Shown in pieces: positions 11,869 to 21,283 of a stretch of 64,000 nt of DNA. The notes beneath the pieces are model-generated. The model had not been told where the DNA came from and made no database searches. It worked only from the letters and a program-made list of their open reading frames with translations. Source of the stretch: Pedosphaera sp. (GTDB taxonomy: Bacteria; Verrucomicrobiota; Verrucomicrobiia; Limisphaerales; DSYF01); the NCBI GenBank assembly GCA_017853715.1, contig JAFMIZ010000001.1, forward strand, positions 14,679-78,678. The letters run 5' to 3'. How positions within the stretch are numbered: the first letter of the stretch is position 1; the number at the start of each line of letters is the position of its first letter. Made by a program: the position numbers and the translations under genes.

Positions 11869-12909
11869 ATGAAGCTCAAGCTCAGCGCGCTCGACCTGCA
11901 CCTGATCAACCCTTGGAAGATTGCCAGCTCTAAAGGCTCCAGCACTCACACCGTCGTCATTTTCGAGCTGGCCGACAAAGATGGGGTGAAAGCGATTGGC
12001 GAGGCCGCCCCTGCCAGCACGTATCAGGAGACCGCCCACGCCGTCATCCAGTTTTGCACCGGGCTGGACACAACGCGCCTTTCGTTTGCGGACGTTCCTG
12101 GTTCGATGGCTTGGGTGAATTCCTTGCCGGGCATCCCGGCGGCGGCACGTTGCGGATTAAATCTCGCGCTGCTGGACGGCGCAGCGAAACGAGCGGGCGT
12201 TCCGGTGTATGATCATTTGAAACTCGGTTTTCGCGAACAGCAGCACGTCACCTCATTCAGCATCGGCATAGACACACCGGAAATCGTCCGCGCCAAAGTA
12301 TTGGCGGCAGCCAGCTATCCCGTGCTCAAGCTGAAGGTGGGCGATCCGCGCGACCACGAGAATTTTGCCGCGCTTCGCTCCGTTGCTCCGAACAAGCCCG
12401 TGCGGGTGGATGCCAATGAAGGGTGGAAAACCAAAGAGTACGCACTCGAGATGTTGGAAGACCTCGCTCACGACGGCCACATCCAGTTCGTGGAGCAACC
12501 CATGCCACGCAACACACCGCCGGCAGATCTGATCTGGTTGAAAGAACGCACTCCCTTGCCCCTCTACGCCGACGAATCCTGCCACGCTGTGCGCGACATC
12601 CCCCATTGCGCCGAATGCTTTCACGGTGTGAATGTAAAGCTCATGAAGACCGGCGGCCTCAGCATGGCCTGCGACACCCTGCAAGCGGCACGCAAAGCGG
12701 GCTTGATGACGATGGTCGGCTGCATGATTGAGACTGGCCTACTCATCAGCGCCGCCGCCCACCTCGCGGAGCTGGCCGACCATCTGGACATTGACGGAAA
12801 CCTGCTGGTCAACAATGACCCCTTTGCGGGCGTGACTGCGGAGCGCGGAATACTTTCCTTTGGCTCAGCGCTGGAGAAAACCGGATTACGAGTCAGCCCG
12901 AGAGGCTGA
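11869..12909 (+). CDS. Dipeptide epimerase (L-Ala-D/L-Glu epimerase-like), enolase superfamily
   Basis: KxK motif (VLKLKVG), metal ligands in VDANEGW / VEQP / ADES, and the second catalytic Lys in VKLMKTGG. I prefer the ATG at 11869 (MKLKLSALDLHLINPWK). The ORF-track start at 11638 would overlap the divergent ROK gene. Confidence 0.8.
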   Translation: MKLKLSALDLHLINPWKIASSKGSSTHTVVIFELADKDGVKAIGEAAPASTYQETAHAVIQFCTGLDTTRLSFADVPGSMAWVNSLPGIPAAARCGLNLALLDGAAKRAGVPVYDHLKLGFREQQHVTSFSIGIDTPEIVRAKVLAAASYPVLKLKVGDPRDHENFAALRSVAPNKPVRVDANEGWKTKEYALEMLEDLAHDGHIQFVEQPMPRNTPPADLIWLKERTPLPLYADESCHAVRDIPHCAECFHGVNVKLMKTGGLSMACDTLQAARKAGLMTMVGCMIETGLLISAAAHLAELADHLDIDGNLLVNNDPFAGVTAERGILSFGSALEKTGLRVSPRG

Positions 12910-13737
12910 TGACCACTACAAATTCTCGGGGAACAATCGGCGCGTGCGACTCGTCCGTGCCGCGAAAGAAACTCTCAAGGTATTTGGACTGGTTGACGAA
13001 CGCAGCATGACCATCCGCATGCACGATATTCCACCCTCCGTTCCGTGGTTGTCGCCGGGGTCTGGATAATTCTCATTCTTGCGGGTGGAATCTGCAGCGT
13101 TCCTGTCATCTGCATCGTAAATCACCAAGGTGCCTGAGGGTCTGGGCGCGCGCCCGAGCATATTGAGAGTTCTAAAATTGGTATTGTTCAACAGCTATGT
13201 CCACGACGCCACGCTGCGCTCCGTCTTGAGAGTCACGGCACCATAGTATCCAGCAACTTCGTGACTGTGGTCGTCTTGACCAATCTTTCCTGCAGCATTG
13301 TCAACCAAGTCGGCGACGAACGATTTGCTGGCGGCATTGATACGGTCGGGGCAGTTGGGAACACCTGATGTATTTGGTCCGCCGAGCGTATAGGGGCATA
13401 CGTAAGTATGCCGGACAACCAGGGAAATTGATTGCACTCAGCCGCGCCTCATTCTTGGTGGCGGGACAAACGAATGCTCTGAGCGCGGGCAAGTAATTTG
13501 GATACAAGCAGTTGATCTCATCATCCGTATATGCACCGGTAAGGGCCGCCGCGCATCATCCACGGCAAACATCAGGCTGCCCAGCCCCATCCGCCGACCA
13601 TTTTTCAGACATTGGATCTGTTTGGCTTTAACCTTGGCCCGTCCCAGTGCGGGAAGCAGCAGCGCTGCAAGAATGGCGATGGCAACCAGCAACTCAATGA
13701 GGGTGAAACCTGAACAGCGTGTTCACGACTTTTTCAT
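12893..13737 (-). pseudogene. Decayed prepilin-type (DUF1559 / H-X9-DG-like) pseudopilin gene
   Basis: ATG AAA AAG TCG then an in-frame TGA at 13725-13723, followed in frame by [26 protein letters not shown] (prepilin N-methylation motif). The remaining homologous pieces lie in different frames: [16 protein letters not shown]; YVCPYTLGGPNTSG; NHGTEGG then NIVHADGHAAFV. Confidence 0.8.
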
Positions 13738-13821
13738 CCGGCGCCAAAGCCCCAACACACGACCCCCTGCCTGCAACTGGCTTTCGGCAGCCATCAAAGG
13801 GGATGAAATCCACAGGCCAAC

Positions 13822-15267
13822 TCAGCGCTTCGGCTGATACAGATCCAAATATCGATTCGCCGTCTGGTCCCAGGAAAAATCCGCGGCCATGGCGTTGACC
13901 CGGAATTGATGGAAGGCCTGCGGTGCCGCATACAGCGCCAGCGCCTTGCGGATGGCGTGAGCCAATGCCGCCGGGCTGTACTCACTGAACTTGATGCCGG
14001 TGGCGTCCTGCGTGTTTTCCTGCGCATCAATGACCGAATCATCCAAGCCACCCACCGCGCGCACAACAGGGATGGTTCCGTAGCGCAAACTGTATAGCTG
14101 ATTCAATCCGCACGGCTCGAAACGCGAGGGCATCAAGTAAAAATCACAGGCCGCCTCGATGCGATGCGACAACGCGTGGTTGTAACCGATGCGGACGCCA
14201 ACCTTGCCGGGATGTTTCTTCTCCAGATGGTGCAACGCCCGCTCGTAGCGCTGTTCGCCGCTTCCAAGCACGACGAACTGCATTTCGTTGTGCGCGAGCA
14301 TCTCGTCGAGCGCTGGCACAAGCAGATCAAGCCCTTTCTGCTCCGCCAACCGCGTGATCGTGCCGAACAGCGGAACGCGAGCCTTTACCGGCAGCCCTAT
14401 CTCTTTGAGCAACTCTCGCTTAACCAGTTCTTTGGCCTCCAACGTCGTCGCGGTGTAGCGCACGGGCAGATGCACATCGGCCGCCGGATTCCACTCCTCG
14501 TAATCCACGCCGTTCAAGACGCCGTGCAGCACCTTGATGCGCTCGCGCAACAAGCCATCCAGCCCGCAGCCAAATTCCTCGGTCGTGATCTCCCGCGCGT
14601 AGCGCGGACTCACCGTGGTGATGACATCCGATGCCGCGATGCCGGCCTTAAGACAATCCATTGCGCCGTAAAACTCCGCCGTCCGAATGTTGAACTGCTG
14701 CCAAGGAATGTTGGTGAGTTGAAACGCATTCGCGGCAAACGTCCCCTGATAGGCGAGATTGTGGATTGTCAACATGACCGGCGGGGGGCTCCGCCAGCCC
14801 GACGCGTGCTGCTCCTGTCGCAAGAGCAGCGGCACCATGCCGACCTGCCAGTCGTGAACGTGAATGACCTCAGGCTGCCACGGTAAATACCGTGCCAGAT
14901 GCACAACCGCCTTAGAAAAAAAAATGAAACGCTCGGCGTTGTCGCCGTAGTCAGAGCCACCCTCGCTGTAGATGCCCTGACGGTTGAAGAACTCCGGCTG
15001 CCCGACGAAATACAGCGTCAGCCCCGGCATGGGTTCCTGCACCCAAAGCTCCCCGCTCACGCGCCGCTTACCCAACTGCACGGACATGTGCCAGTCCGCT
15101 CGCCGCACGTCACTATGCTTCTCGCGGATGCCGCGATACAGCGGCGTCACGATCCCGACGTTATGCCCCTTTTTCGCCAGTGTCTTCGCCAACCCTGCGA
15201 CCATGTCACCGAGGCCACCCGTTTTGGAATACGGATGCACTTCGCTGCTGGCCATCAGGACTCTCAT
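13822..15267 (-). CDS. glgA: Glycogen synthase
   Basis: N-terminal MRVLMASSEVHPYSKTGGLGDMV (the KTGGL motif). 481 aa, GT5 architecture. Confidence 0.93.
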   Translation of the reverse strand: MRVLMASSEVHPYSKTGGLGDMVAGLAKTLAKKGHNVGIVTPLYRGIREKHSDVRRADWHMSVQLGKRRVSGELWVQEPMPGLTLYFVGQPEFFNRQGIYSEGGSDYGDNAERFIFFSKAVVHLARYLPWQPEVIHVHDWQVGMVPLLLRQEQHASGWRSPPPVMLTIHNLAYQGTFAANAFQLTNIPWQQFNIRTAEFYGAMDCLKAGIAASDVITTVSPRYAREITTEEFGCGLDGLLRERIKVLHGVLNGVDYEEWNPAADVHLPVRYTATTLEAKELVKRELLKEIGLPVKARVPLFGTITRLAEQKGLDLLVPALDEMLAHNEMQFVVLGSGEQRYERALHHLEKKHPGKVGVRIGYNHALSHRIEAACDFYLMPSRFEPCGLNQLYSLRYGTIPVVRAVGGLDDSVIDAQENTQDATGIKFSEYSPAALAHAIRKALALYAAPQAFHQFRVNAMAADFSWDQTANRYLDLYQPKR

Positions 15268-15345
15268 TTCAAGAAGCTGTGCCGCGGGGCGGGAAAGCCC
15301 ATGGGATTCCGGGCGTTCAATATTAGCTGTGAATGTCTCCAGCCG

Positions 15346-16647
15346 TCACGGCGTGATCCGTTCCGTCTTCAGATACGGCCGCAAAGGTTCCGGCACCAAG
15401 ACACTGCCATCGGCCTGCTGATGCGTCTCCACCAGGGCAACGAACAAGCGCGCGAGCGCCGTGCCGCTGCCGTTGAGGATGTGGGGGAACTTATTCTGTC
15501 CGTCGGCATCTTTGAAGCGCAGATTCATCCGACGCGCCTGGAAATCTTCACAGTTCGAGCAGCTGGATACCTCGAGATAACTCCCCTGCCCCGGGGCCCA
15601 GACTTCGATGTCATAGGTCTTCGCGCTGCCAAAACCCATGTCGCCGGTGCACAATGAGATGACGCGGTAATGCAATCCCATAAGTTGCAGGATGCGCTCG
15701 GCATTGGCGACCATCCTCTCCAGTTCATCATAACCCGCCTCAGGTTTGACGACTTTGATCAGCTCCACCTTGTCGAACTGATGCACACGAATCATCCCGC
15801 GCGTGCCAACGCCCGCCGCGCCCGCTTCGCCCCGGAAGCACGGAGTGTATGCGCAATATTGAATCGGCAGCTGCTCCACCTTCAGCAACTCCTCGCGATG
15901 GATGTTCGCCACCGGAGTCTCCGCCGTGGGAATCAGGTAAAGCTTGCCCAGATTCGCGGCCACGTCGCCTTCCGCCACGCCGTAGTATTGATCCTTGAAC
16001 TTCGGGAACTGGCCCACGCCGACGAGACATTGCTCGCCCACCATGAAGGGCGGTGACACTTCGGTGTACCCATGTTCGGTCGAGTGCAGATCGAGCATGA
16101 ACTGAATCAACGCACGCTCCAACTTGGCACCCCAGTTCGTGTAGAGCAGGAACCCGCTGCCGGAAAGCTTTGTGGCGCGGGCGAAATCCACCAGCTTCAG
16201 ACTCTCGCAGAGTTCAACATGCGACTTGGGTTGGAAGGTGTAATCAGGCTTCTCGCCATGAACGCGCACTTCCGGATTGTCCTCCGCCGACTTGCCCAGC
16301 GGGACCGATCCATGCGGCAGGTTCGGCAGACGCAGCATCAACGCATCCCGGCCGGACTCCGCGTCGACCGCCTGCTTGTCCAGCGCCGCAATCTTGTCGC
16401 CCAGATTCTTGGTCTCCGCCTTCATGGCGTTGGCCTCGTCGAGCTTCTTCTGCCCCAGCAAGGCGCCAATCTCCCTGGAGACCTTGTTGCGCAGCGCCTT
16501 GAGCGATTCCACCTCAGCCAACGCCTTCCGACGATGCTCATCGAGGGCGAGGATCTCATTGATATGGGCTTCATCGCCTCCGTGCCGGGTGGCGAGGCGT
16601 TCTTTGACAAACTCAGGCTGCTTCCGAATCACTGCGATGTCGAGCAT
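15346..16647 (-). CDS. serS: Seryl-tRNA synthetase
   Basis: N-terminal coiled-coil arm (MLDIAVIRKQPEFVKERL...). Class II core blocks FRGEAGAAGVGTRGMIRVHQFDKVE and GSGTALARL. 433 aa. Confidence 0.95.
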   Translation of the reverse strand: MLDIAVIRKQPEFVKERLATRHGGDEAHINEILALDEHRRKALAEVESLKALRNKVSREIGALLGQKKLDEANAMKAETKNLGDKIAALDKQAVDAESGRDALMLRLPNLPHGSVPLGKSAEDNPEVRVHGEKPDYTFQPKSHVELCESLKLVDFARATKLSGSGFLLYTNWGAKLERALIQFMLDLHSTEHGYTEVSPPFMVGEQCLVGVGQFPKFKDQYYGVAEGDVAANLGKLYLIPTAETPVANIHREELLKVEQLPIQYCAYTPCFRGEAGAAGVGTRGMIRVHQFDKVELIKVVKPEAGYDELERMVANAERILQLMGLHYRVISLCTGDMGFGSAKTYDIEVWAPGQGSYLEVSSCSNCEDFQARRMNLRFKDADGQNKFPHILNGSGTALARLFVALVETHQQADGSVLVPEPLRPYLKTERITP

Positions 16648-16757
16648 CGGCAGAGTATGGGAAAGGCGAACGGCAGCGGCAAGCAGGCAACGTAACCGGT
16701 TCCAAAGCTAATTATTTTGACGGACACCGCACTTAATGTTTCCTTACACACCCAAAT

Positions 16758-17780
16758 ATGCCCAAGTCATTGGTCACCGGCGCTGCCGGATTCATCGGGT
16801 CACACGTTTGCGACGAACTGCTCCAGATGGGCCATAAGGTTGTGGCCATGGATGATCTTTCCGGCGGCTTCCTCGAACACGTGCCGAAGCGTTGCTCGTT
16901 CGTGAAGGGGCGCGTCGAAAACAGGGCGCTGGTGGCCCAACTATTCAAGCAGCACAAGTTCGACTACGTGTTTCATCTGGCGGCCTATGCCGCCGAGGGC
17001 TTGAGCCATTTCATCAAGACGTTCAATTACACCAACAACCTCATCGGCAGCGTGAACCTCATCAACGCCGCTGTGAACACCGGCACGGTGAAGTGTTTCG
17101 TGTTCACCTCCTCCATCGCTGTATATGGCCGCAATCAGTTGCCCATGACCGAGGACGCCACGCCGCAGCCGGAAGATCCTTACGGCATCGCCAAATACGC
17201 GGTGGAACTGGACCTCAAGGAAGCGCACGAGATGTTCGGGCTGGACTACGTCGTGTTCCGGCCGCACAACGTGTACGGCGAGCGCCAGAACCTGAGCGAT
17301 CCCTATCGCAACGTCATCGGGATCTTCATGAACCGCCTCCGCAACGGCCAACCGATGACGGTTTTCGGCGACGGGCAACAAACCCGTGCGTTCAGTTACA
17401 TCAGCGACGTGGCCCCGATCATCGCGCGCAGCATCGAACGTCCGAAGGCTTACAACCAGGTCTTCAACGTCGGCGCCGACGAACCCCATTCAGTGATCAA
17501 ACTGGCGCATGCCGTGGCTGAGTGCATGGGTTGCCCGCCGAATGTGGTTCACCTCGAGGCCCGCAACGAAGTGGTGAATGCCTATTCATCGCACGAAAAG
17601 GCGGCGAAGCACTTCGGCGACCTGCTGAAGAACGTTTCGCTGGAGGAGGGCTTGAGCCGCATGTCCGAATGGGCGCGCACGGCGAAGCTTCGCAAAGCCA
17701 AGCCGTTCCAAGGCATCGAGGTTTACAAGAACCTTCCACCGTCCTGGGCTAAGATGGACAAGCGCAAGGCCAAGAAGTAG
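16758..17780 (+). CDS. NAD-dependent epimerase/dehydratase (UDP-sugar 4-epimerase-like SDR)
   Basis: Rossmann motif TGAAGFIGSH and an extended-SDR catalytic YxxxK (YGIAKYAVE). 340 aa. Confidence 0.85.
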   Translation: MPKSLVTGAAGFIGSHVCDELLQMGHKVVAMDDLSGGFLEHVPKRCSFVKGRVENRALVAQLFKQHKFDYVFHLAAYAAEGLSHFIKTFNYTNNLIGSVNLINAAVNTGTVKCFVFTSSIAVYGRNQLPMTEDATPQPEDPYGIAKYAVELDLKEAHEMFGLDYVVFRPHNVYGERQNLSDPYRNVIGIFMNRLRNGQPMTVFGDGQQTRAFSYISDVAPIIARSIERPKAYNQVFNVGADEPHSVIKLAHAVAECMGCPPNVVHLEARNEVVNAYSSHEKAAKHFGDLLKNVSLEEGLSRMSEWARTAKLRKAKPFQGIEVYKNLPPSWAKMDKRKAKK

Positions 17781-17838
17781 GCCGAGAATCATTTTGACAA
17801 TCGCGGGCAGATTCCTAAAGTGTCGTCCGCTTTCGGAT

Positions 17839-17914
17839 GGGGTCGTAGCTCAGTTGGTAGAGCACCACAATGGCATTGTGGGGGTCAGGAGTTCGAATCT
17901 CCTCGGCTCCACCA
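17839..17914 (+). tRNA. tRNA-Ala (anticodon GGC), CCA encoded
   Basis: Hand-folded cloverleaf. Acceptor GGGGTCG/CGGCTCC with the G3:U70 alanine identity pair; D arm GCTC-AGTTGGTA-GAGC; anticodon arm CCACA-ATGGCAT-TGTGG (GGC); T arm AGGAG-TTCGAAT-CTCCT; 3' ACCA. Confidence 0.9.
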
Positions 17915-18020
17915 TCCTTCAATTTCGGTCTGCCCAGCCGTTACGAACGTCACTTCAGGCTAGACCTGCCATGGTGTGGATTTGCCAGCCGTTGCCGACA
18001 ACTTCCTTATTCCTTAGACT

Positions 18021-18440
18021 ATGGCGATGGACACTTTGCCAAACAATGCCGAGCGGTTTGAGCAATACGCCAAGCGCCTGGCGCACTTGGGCGTGCAGGA
18101 GTCGGATATCGAGGAGTCATTTGTCCGCTCGGGTGGCCATGGCGGCCAGAACGTCAACAAAGTATCCACCTGTGTGATGCTGCTGCACCGACCGACGGGC
18201 ATTCAAGTCAAGTGCCAGCAGTCCCGTCATCAGGGGAAAAATCGCCTGCTCGCGCGGGCGCTACTGCTGGACAAACTGGAGCAGCGATTCCGCGCTGAAA
18301 CTGCCGCCCGCCGCGCGGATGCGGAAAAAATGAAGCGTCAGAAGCGCCGCCCCAGCCTCGCCGCACGCCGACGCAATGTGGAAGCGAAGCGATTCCACGC
18401 CGCCAAGAAGGCAGGTCGTCGGAGCACGCGGGACGATTAA
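18021..18440 (+). CDS. GGQ-domain peptidyl-tRNA hydrolase (ArfB / RF-1-domain family) with a basic C-terminal tail
   Basis: [17 protein letters not shown] motif followed by a Lys/Arg-rich tail. 139 aa. Confidence 0.75.
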   Translation: MAMDTLPNNAERFEQYAKRLAHLGVQESDIEESFVRSGGHGGQNVNKVSTCVMLLHRPTGIQVKCQQSRHQGKNRLLARALLLDKLEQRFRAETAARRADAEKMKRQKRRPSLAARRRNVEAKRFHAAKKAGRRSTRDD

Positions 18441-18598
18441 CGGCGCTGCTCAAAATCGCTCGCCTTGAATCTGGAGAGATTTGAGATCCGCTCGAGAACG
18501 CGCCGGATCGTAGCCGGCGCCCCTCACACGCAAGTCGTATTGCCCCCTTCGGCATTGCGCGGACTCACGGGTTTCTCTAGTTTCACCGAATTCGAAGC

Positions 18599-19471
18599 AT
18601 GAAGATTTATATTGATGGGAGTTACTACAGCGAACAGGACGCCAAGGTGTCCGTGTTCGACCATGGCCTGCTTTACGGCGATGGCATTTTTGAGGGAATC
18701 CGCATTTACCACGGCCGCGTCTTCAAATTGAAGGAGCATATCGACCGGTTGTTCGCCTCGGCCAAAGCGATTTTGCTGAACATGCCGATGACTCACGCCG
18801 AGCTGATGAAGGCCACGGTGGACACGTGCCGCGAAAACGGTCTCAAGGACGGCTACATCCGCCTGCTCGTGACCCGCGGCGTGGGCAACCTGGGCCTGAA
18901 CCCCAACAAGTGCAAAAAGGCGTCCGTGATCATCATCGCGGACAAGATCCAGCTTTACCCGAAGGAGTATTACGACAACGGGCTGCAAATCGTCACGGTG
19001 CCCACCACGCGCAATCTGCACAGCGCGTTGAATCCAGCAATCAAGTCGTTGAACTACTTGAACAACATTCTCGCCAAGATCGAAGCCAACAACGCCGGCT
19101 GCGAAGAGGCCATCATGTTAAATTCCGAAGGTTACGTGGCCGAATGCACAGGCGACAACGTATTCATCCTCAAGAACGGAGAAATGTTCACCCCGCCACT
19201 CTCCGCGGGCGCACTATACGGCATCACCCGCAACACAGTCATTGACCTTGCGCGTGCGGCTGGAATCAAGGCATCTGAGCCAAATCTCACACGCTACGAC
19301 CTCTTCAATGCGGATGAGTGTTTTCTGACCGGCACCGGTGCGGAAATCGTTCCGGTGGTGAAGATTGACGGGCGCGTCATTGGCGACGGCAAGCCCGGCA
19401 AGATCACCCGGATGCTGGAAGAAGCTTACCACTCCTTGACGAAAGTCAGCGGCGAACCGATATACCAGTAG
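18599..19471 (+). CDS. ilvE: Branched-chain amino acid aminotransferase (class IV)
   Basis: VSVFDHGLLYGDGIFEGIR, RLLVTRG and the fold-type IV architecture. 290 aa. Confidence 0.9.
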   Translation: MKIYIDGSYYSEQDAKVSVFDHGLLYGDGIFEGIRIYHGRVFKLKEHIDRLFASAKAILLNMPMTHAELMKATVDTCRENGLKDGYIRLLVTRGVGNLGLNPNKCKKASVIIIADKIQLYPKEYYDNGLQIVTVPTTRNLHSALNPAIKSLNYLNNILAKIEANNAGCEEAIMLNSEGYVAECTGDNVFILKNGEMFTPPLSAGALYGITRNTVIDLARAAGIKASEPNLTRYDLFNADECFLTGTGAEIVPVVKIDGRVIGDGKPGKITRMLEEAYHSLTKVSGEPIYQ

Positions 19472-19475
19472 CGAC

Positions 19476-19985
19476 ATGCTCTGCTGCGTTTGCAAAGAAA
19501 AAGAGGCCACGGTCCACCTGACCCAGATTGTGGGGGACAAGATGCAGAAGGTGGATTTGTGCAAACTATGCGCCGAAAAGAAGGGCGTCAACGACCCGAC
19601 CGGCTTTTCGCTGGCCGACCTGCTGTTGGGCTTGGGTGCGTCGCAAGAAATGGAGCAAGCCAGCGGCGGCGCGGATTTGAAGTGCCCGCACTGCGGCTTC
19701 ACGCAAGCGGACTTCAAGAAAACCGGCCGGCTCGGTTGCGGGGCTTGCTACGAGGTGTTTGGCGAAGGCTTGGAATCCTTGTTGAAGTCCATGCACAAGG
19801 GCACGCGGCATGTCGGCAAGACCCCGGCGGCCCGGCAGAAATCCCGGGTGGCGCGCCAGAAGCTAGAAGCGCTGCAGCAGCAGCTCTCCAAGGCCATTGA
19901 AACCGAGGACTTCGAGCGCGCTGCCGAATTGCGCGACGAACTCAAGCGCCTGCAAGGCCGCTCGGGCCAGACCACCAACGCCTGA
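19476..19985 (+). CDS. mcsA: McsA-like zinc-finger / UVR-domain protein (activator of protein arginine kinase)
   Basis: Two Cys-pair zinc-finger units (CCVCKEKEA...CKLCA; CPHCGF...CGACY) and a C-terminal UVR motif (EDFERAAELRDELKRL). Lies 4 nt after ilvE and 3 nt before mcsB. Confidence 0.8.
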   Translation: MLCCVCKEKEATVHLTQIVGDKMQKVDLCKLCAEKKGVNDPTGFSLADLLLGLGASQEMEQASGGADLKCPHCGFTQADFKKTGRLGCGACYEVFGEGLESLLKSMHKGTRHVGKTPAARQKSRVARQKLEALQQQLSKAIETEDFERAAELRDELKRLQGRSGQTTNA

Positions 19986-19988
19986 GCC

Positions 19989-21068
19989 ATGAACATCCAC
20001 GAGTTTTTGACGCCGCCCGCGGAAATGGCCAAACGCAAGGGCCCGCATGACCGGATTGTCATGTCCAGCCGCGTCCGCCTGGCTCGCAATATCGTGGGGG
20101 TGGCCTTCCCGGGCACCGCCAAAAAGCCTGAGCGCGTTGAGGCGTTGAATTCCATCCAACCAGCCATCCAACATCTCTCCAAAATGGCGGACTCATTCGC
20201 CGCTTCGATGGAGGAGTTCACTGCGCTGGACAAACAGATTTTAGTGGAGCGCCATTTGATCAGCCGCGAACACGCCGCCCGCGGCGCTGGCAGCGGCCTT
20301 GTCTTGAACCACGACGAAACCCTCTGCGTGATGATCAACGAGGAAGATCATTTGCGGATGCAGTCGCTCCTGCCCGGACTGCAGATCCGTCAGGCTTGGG
20401 AGGAAATTGACGCTCTCGATTCCGAACTCGAGAACCAGCTCGAATACGCCTTCAGCGATGAACTGGGTTATTTGACCGCCTGCCCGACCAATCTCGGCAC
20501 CGGCATCCGCGTCAGTGCGATGCTTCATCTCCCAGGCCTCGTTTTGGACGAGCAAATCAACCCCATCATCCAATCGGTGAACAAGCTCGGCCTGGCCGTG
20601 CGCGGACTTTACGGCGAAGGCACCGAAGCTCTGGGGAACGTGTTCCAAGTTTCCAATCAAATGACCTTGGGCGAGGCGGAGACGACCATTGTCGAGCGGC
20701 TCGAAAAGGTGGTGGCGCAGATCATTGAGCACGAGGAAAACGCGCGCGCCCGACTGACCGAGAAGCGGCCCAAACGGAAGATGCTGCTCAACCATATCGG
20801 CCGCGCTTACGGCATCCTAGCCAACGCCCACAGCATCTCGTCCAAGGAGACAATGAACCTGCTTTCCTTGATGCGCCTGGGCCTGGATCTCGGTTTCTTC
20901 CCCGGAGCCGGCGCGCCCTTGGTGGACGAGCTGTTCATTGTGACCCAGCCAGGCCATCTGCAAAAGCTGCACACCGAAAAGCTCTCCACCGAGGAGCGGG
21001 ACTTCCTCCGCGCCGACATGCTGCGCGAGCAGTTGCGCAACGTGAAACGGCCGGTGACGGAGAGTTGA
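19989..21068 (+). CDS. mcsB: Protein arginine kinase (ATP:guanido phosphotransferase)
   Basis: 359 aa. Phosphagen-kinase catalytic blocks NEEDHLR, CPTNLGTGIR, GLYGEG. Confidence 0.85.
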   Translation: MNIHEFLTPPAEMAKRKGPHDRIVMSSRVRLARNIVGVAFPGTAKKPERVEALNSIQPAIQHLSKMADSFAASMEEFTALDKQILVERHLISREHAARGAGSGLVLNHDETLCVMINEEDHLRMQSLLPGLQIRQAWEEIDALDSELENQLEYAFSDELGYLTACPTNLGTGIRVSAMLHLPGLVLDEQINPIIQSVNKLGLAVRGLYGEGTEALGNVFQVSNQMTLGEAETTIVERLEKVVAQIIEHEENARARLTEKRPKRKMLLNHIGRAYGILANAHSISSKETMNLLSLMRLGLDLGFFPGAGAPLVDELFIVTQPGHLQKLHTEKLSTEERDFLRADMLREQLRNVKRPVTES

Positions 21069-21283
21069 GCGGAGAGTTTAGTGATGGCCTGGCTGTCGCT
21101 TTAGCAGCACGCTGCGTCCAGACTTGCGACAATCCCCCGCAGGATCTGCCAATTTCCCCGTGTTCTACCGGCGCCATTCCGGAGGTGGGCCCTGGCGCAA
21201 ATCCTGCAAACAATCTCGTGCCCGCGCGCTAGACAAAGACCTTTCTCTAACGCATTTTGGCATCAGATATGAGCGACGAAGCC

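Noticed and set aside
13723-13725. In-frame TGA at codon 5 of the prepilin-like gene as selenocysteine or programmed recoding.
   Set aside because: No SECIS-like context is evident, the position falls in a signal peptide, and the rest of the gene is frameshifted several times. Simple inactivation explains it.
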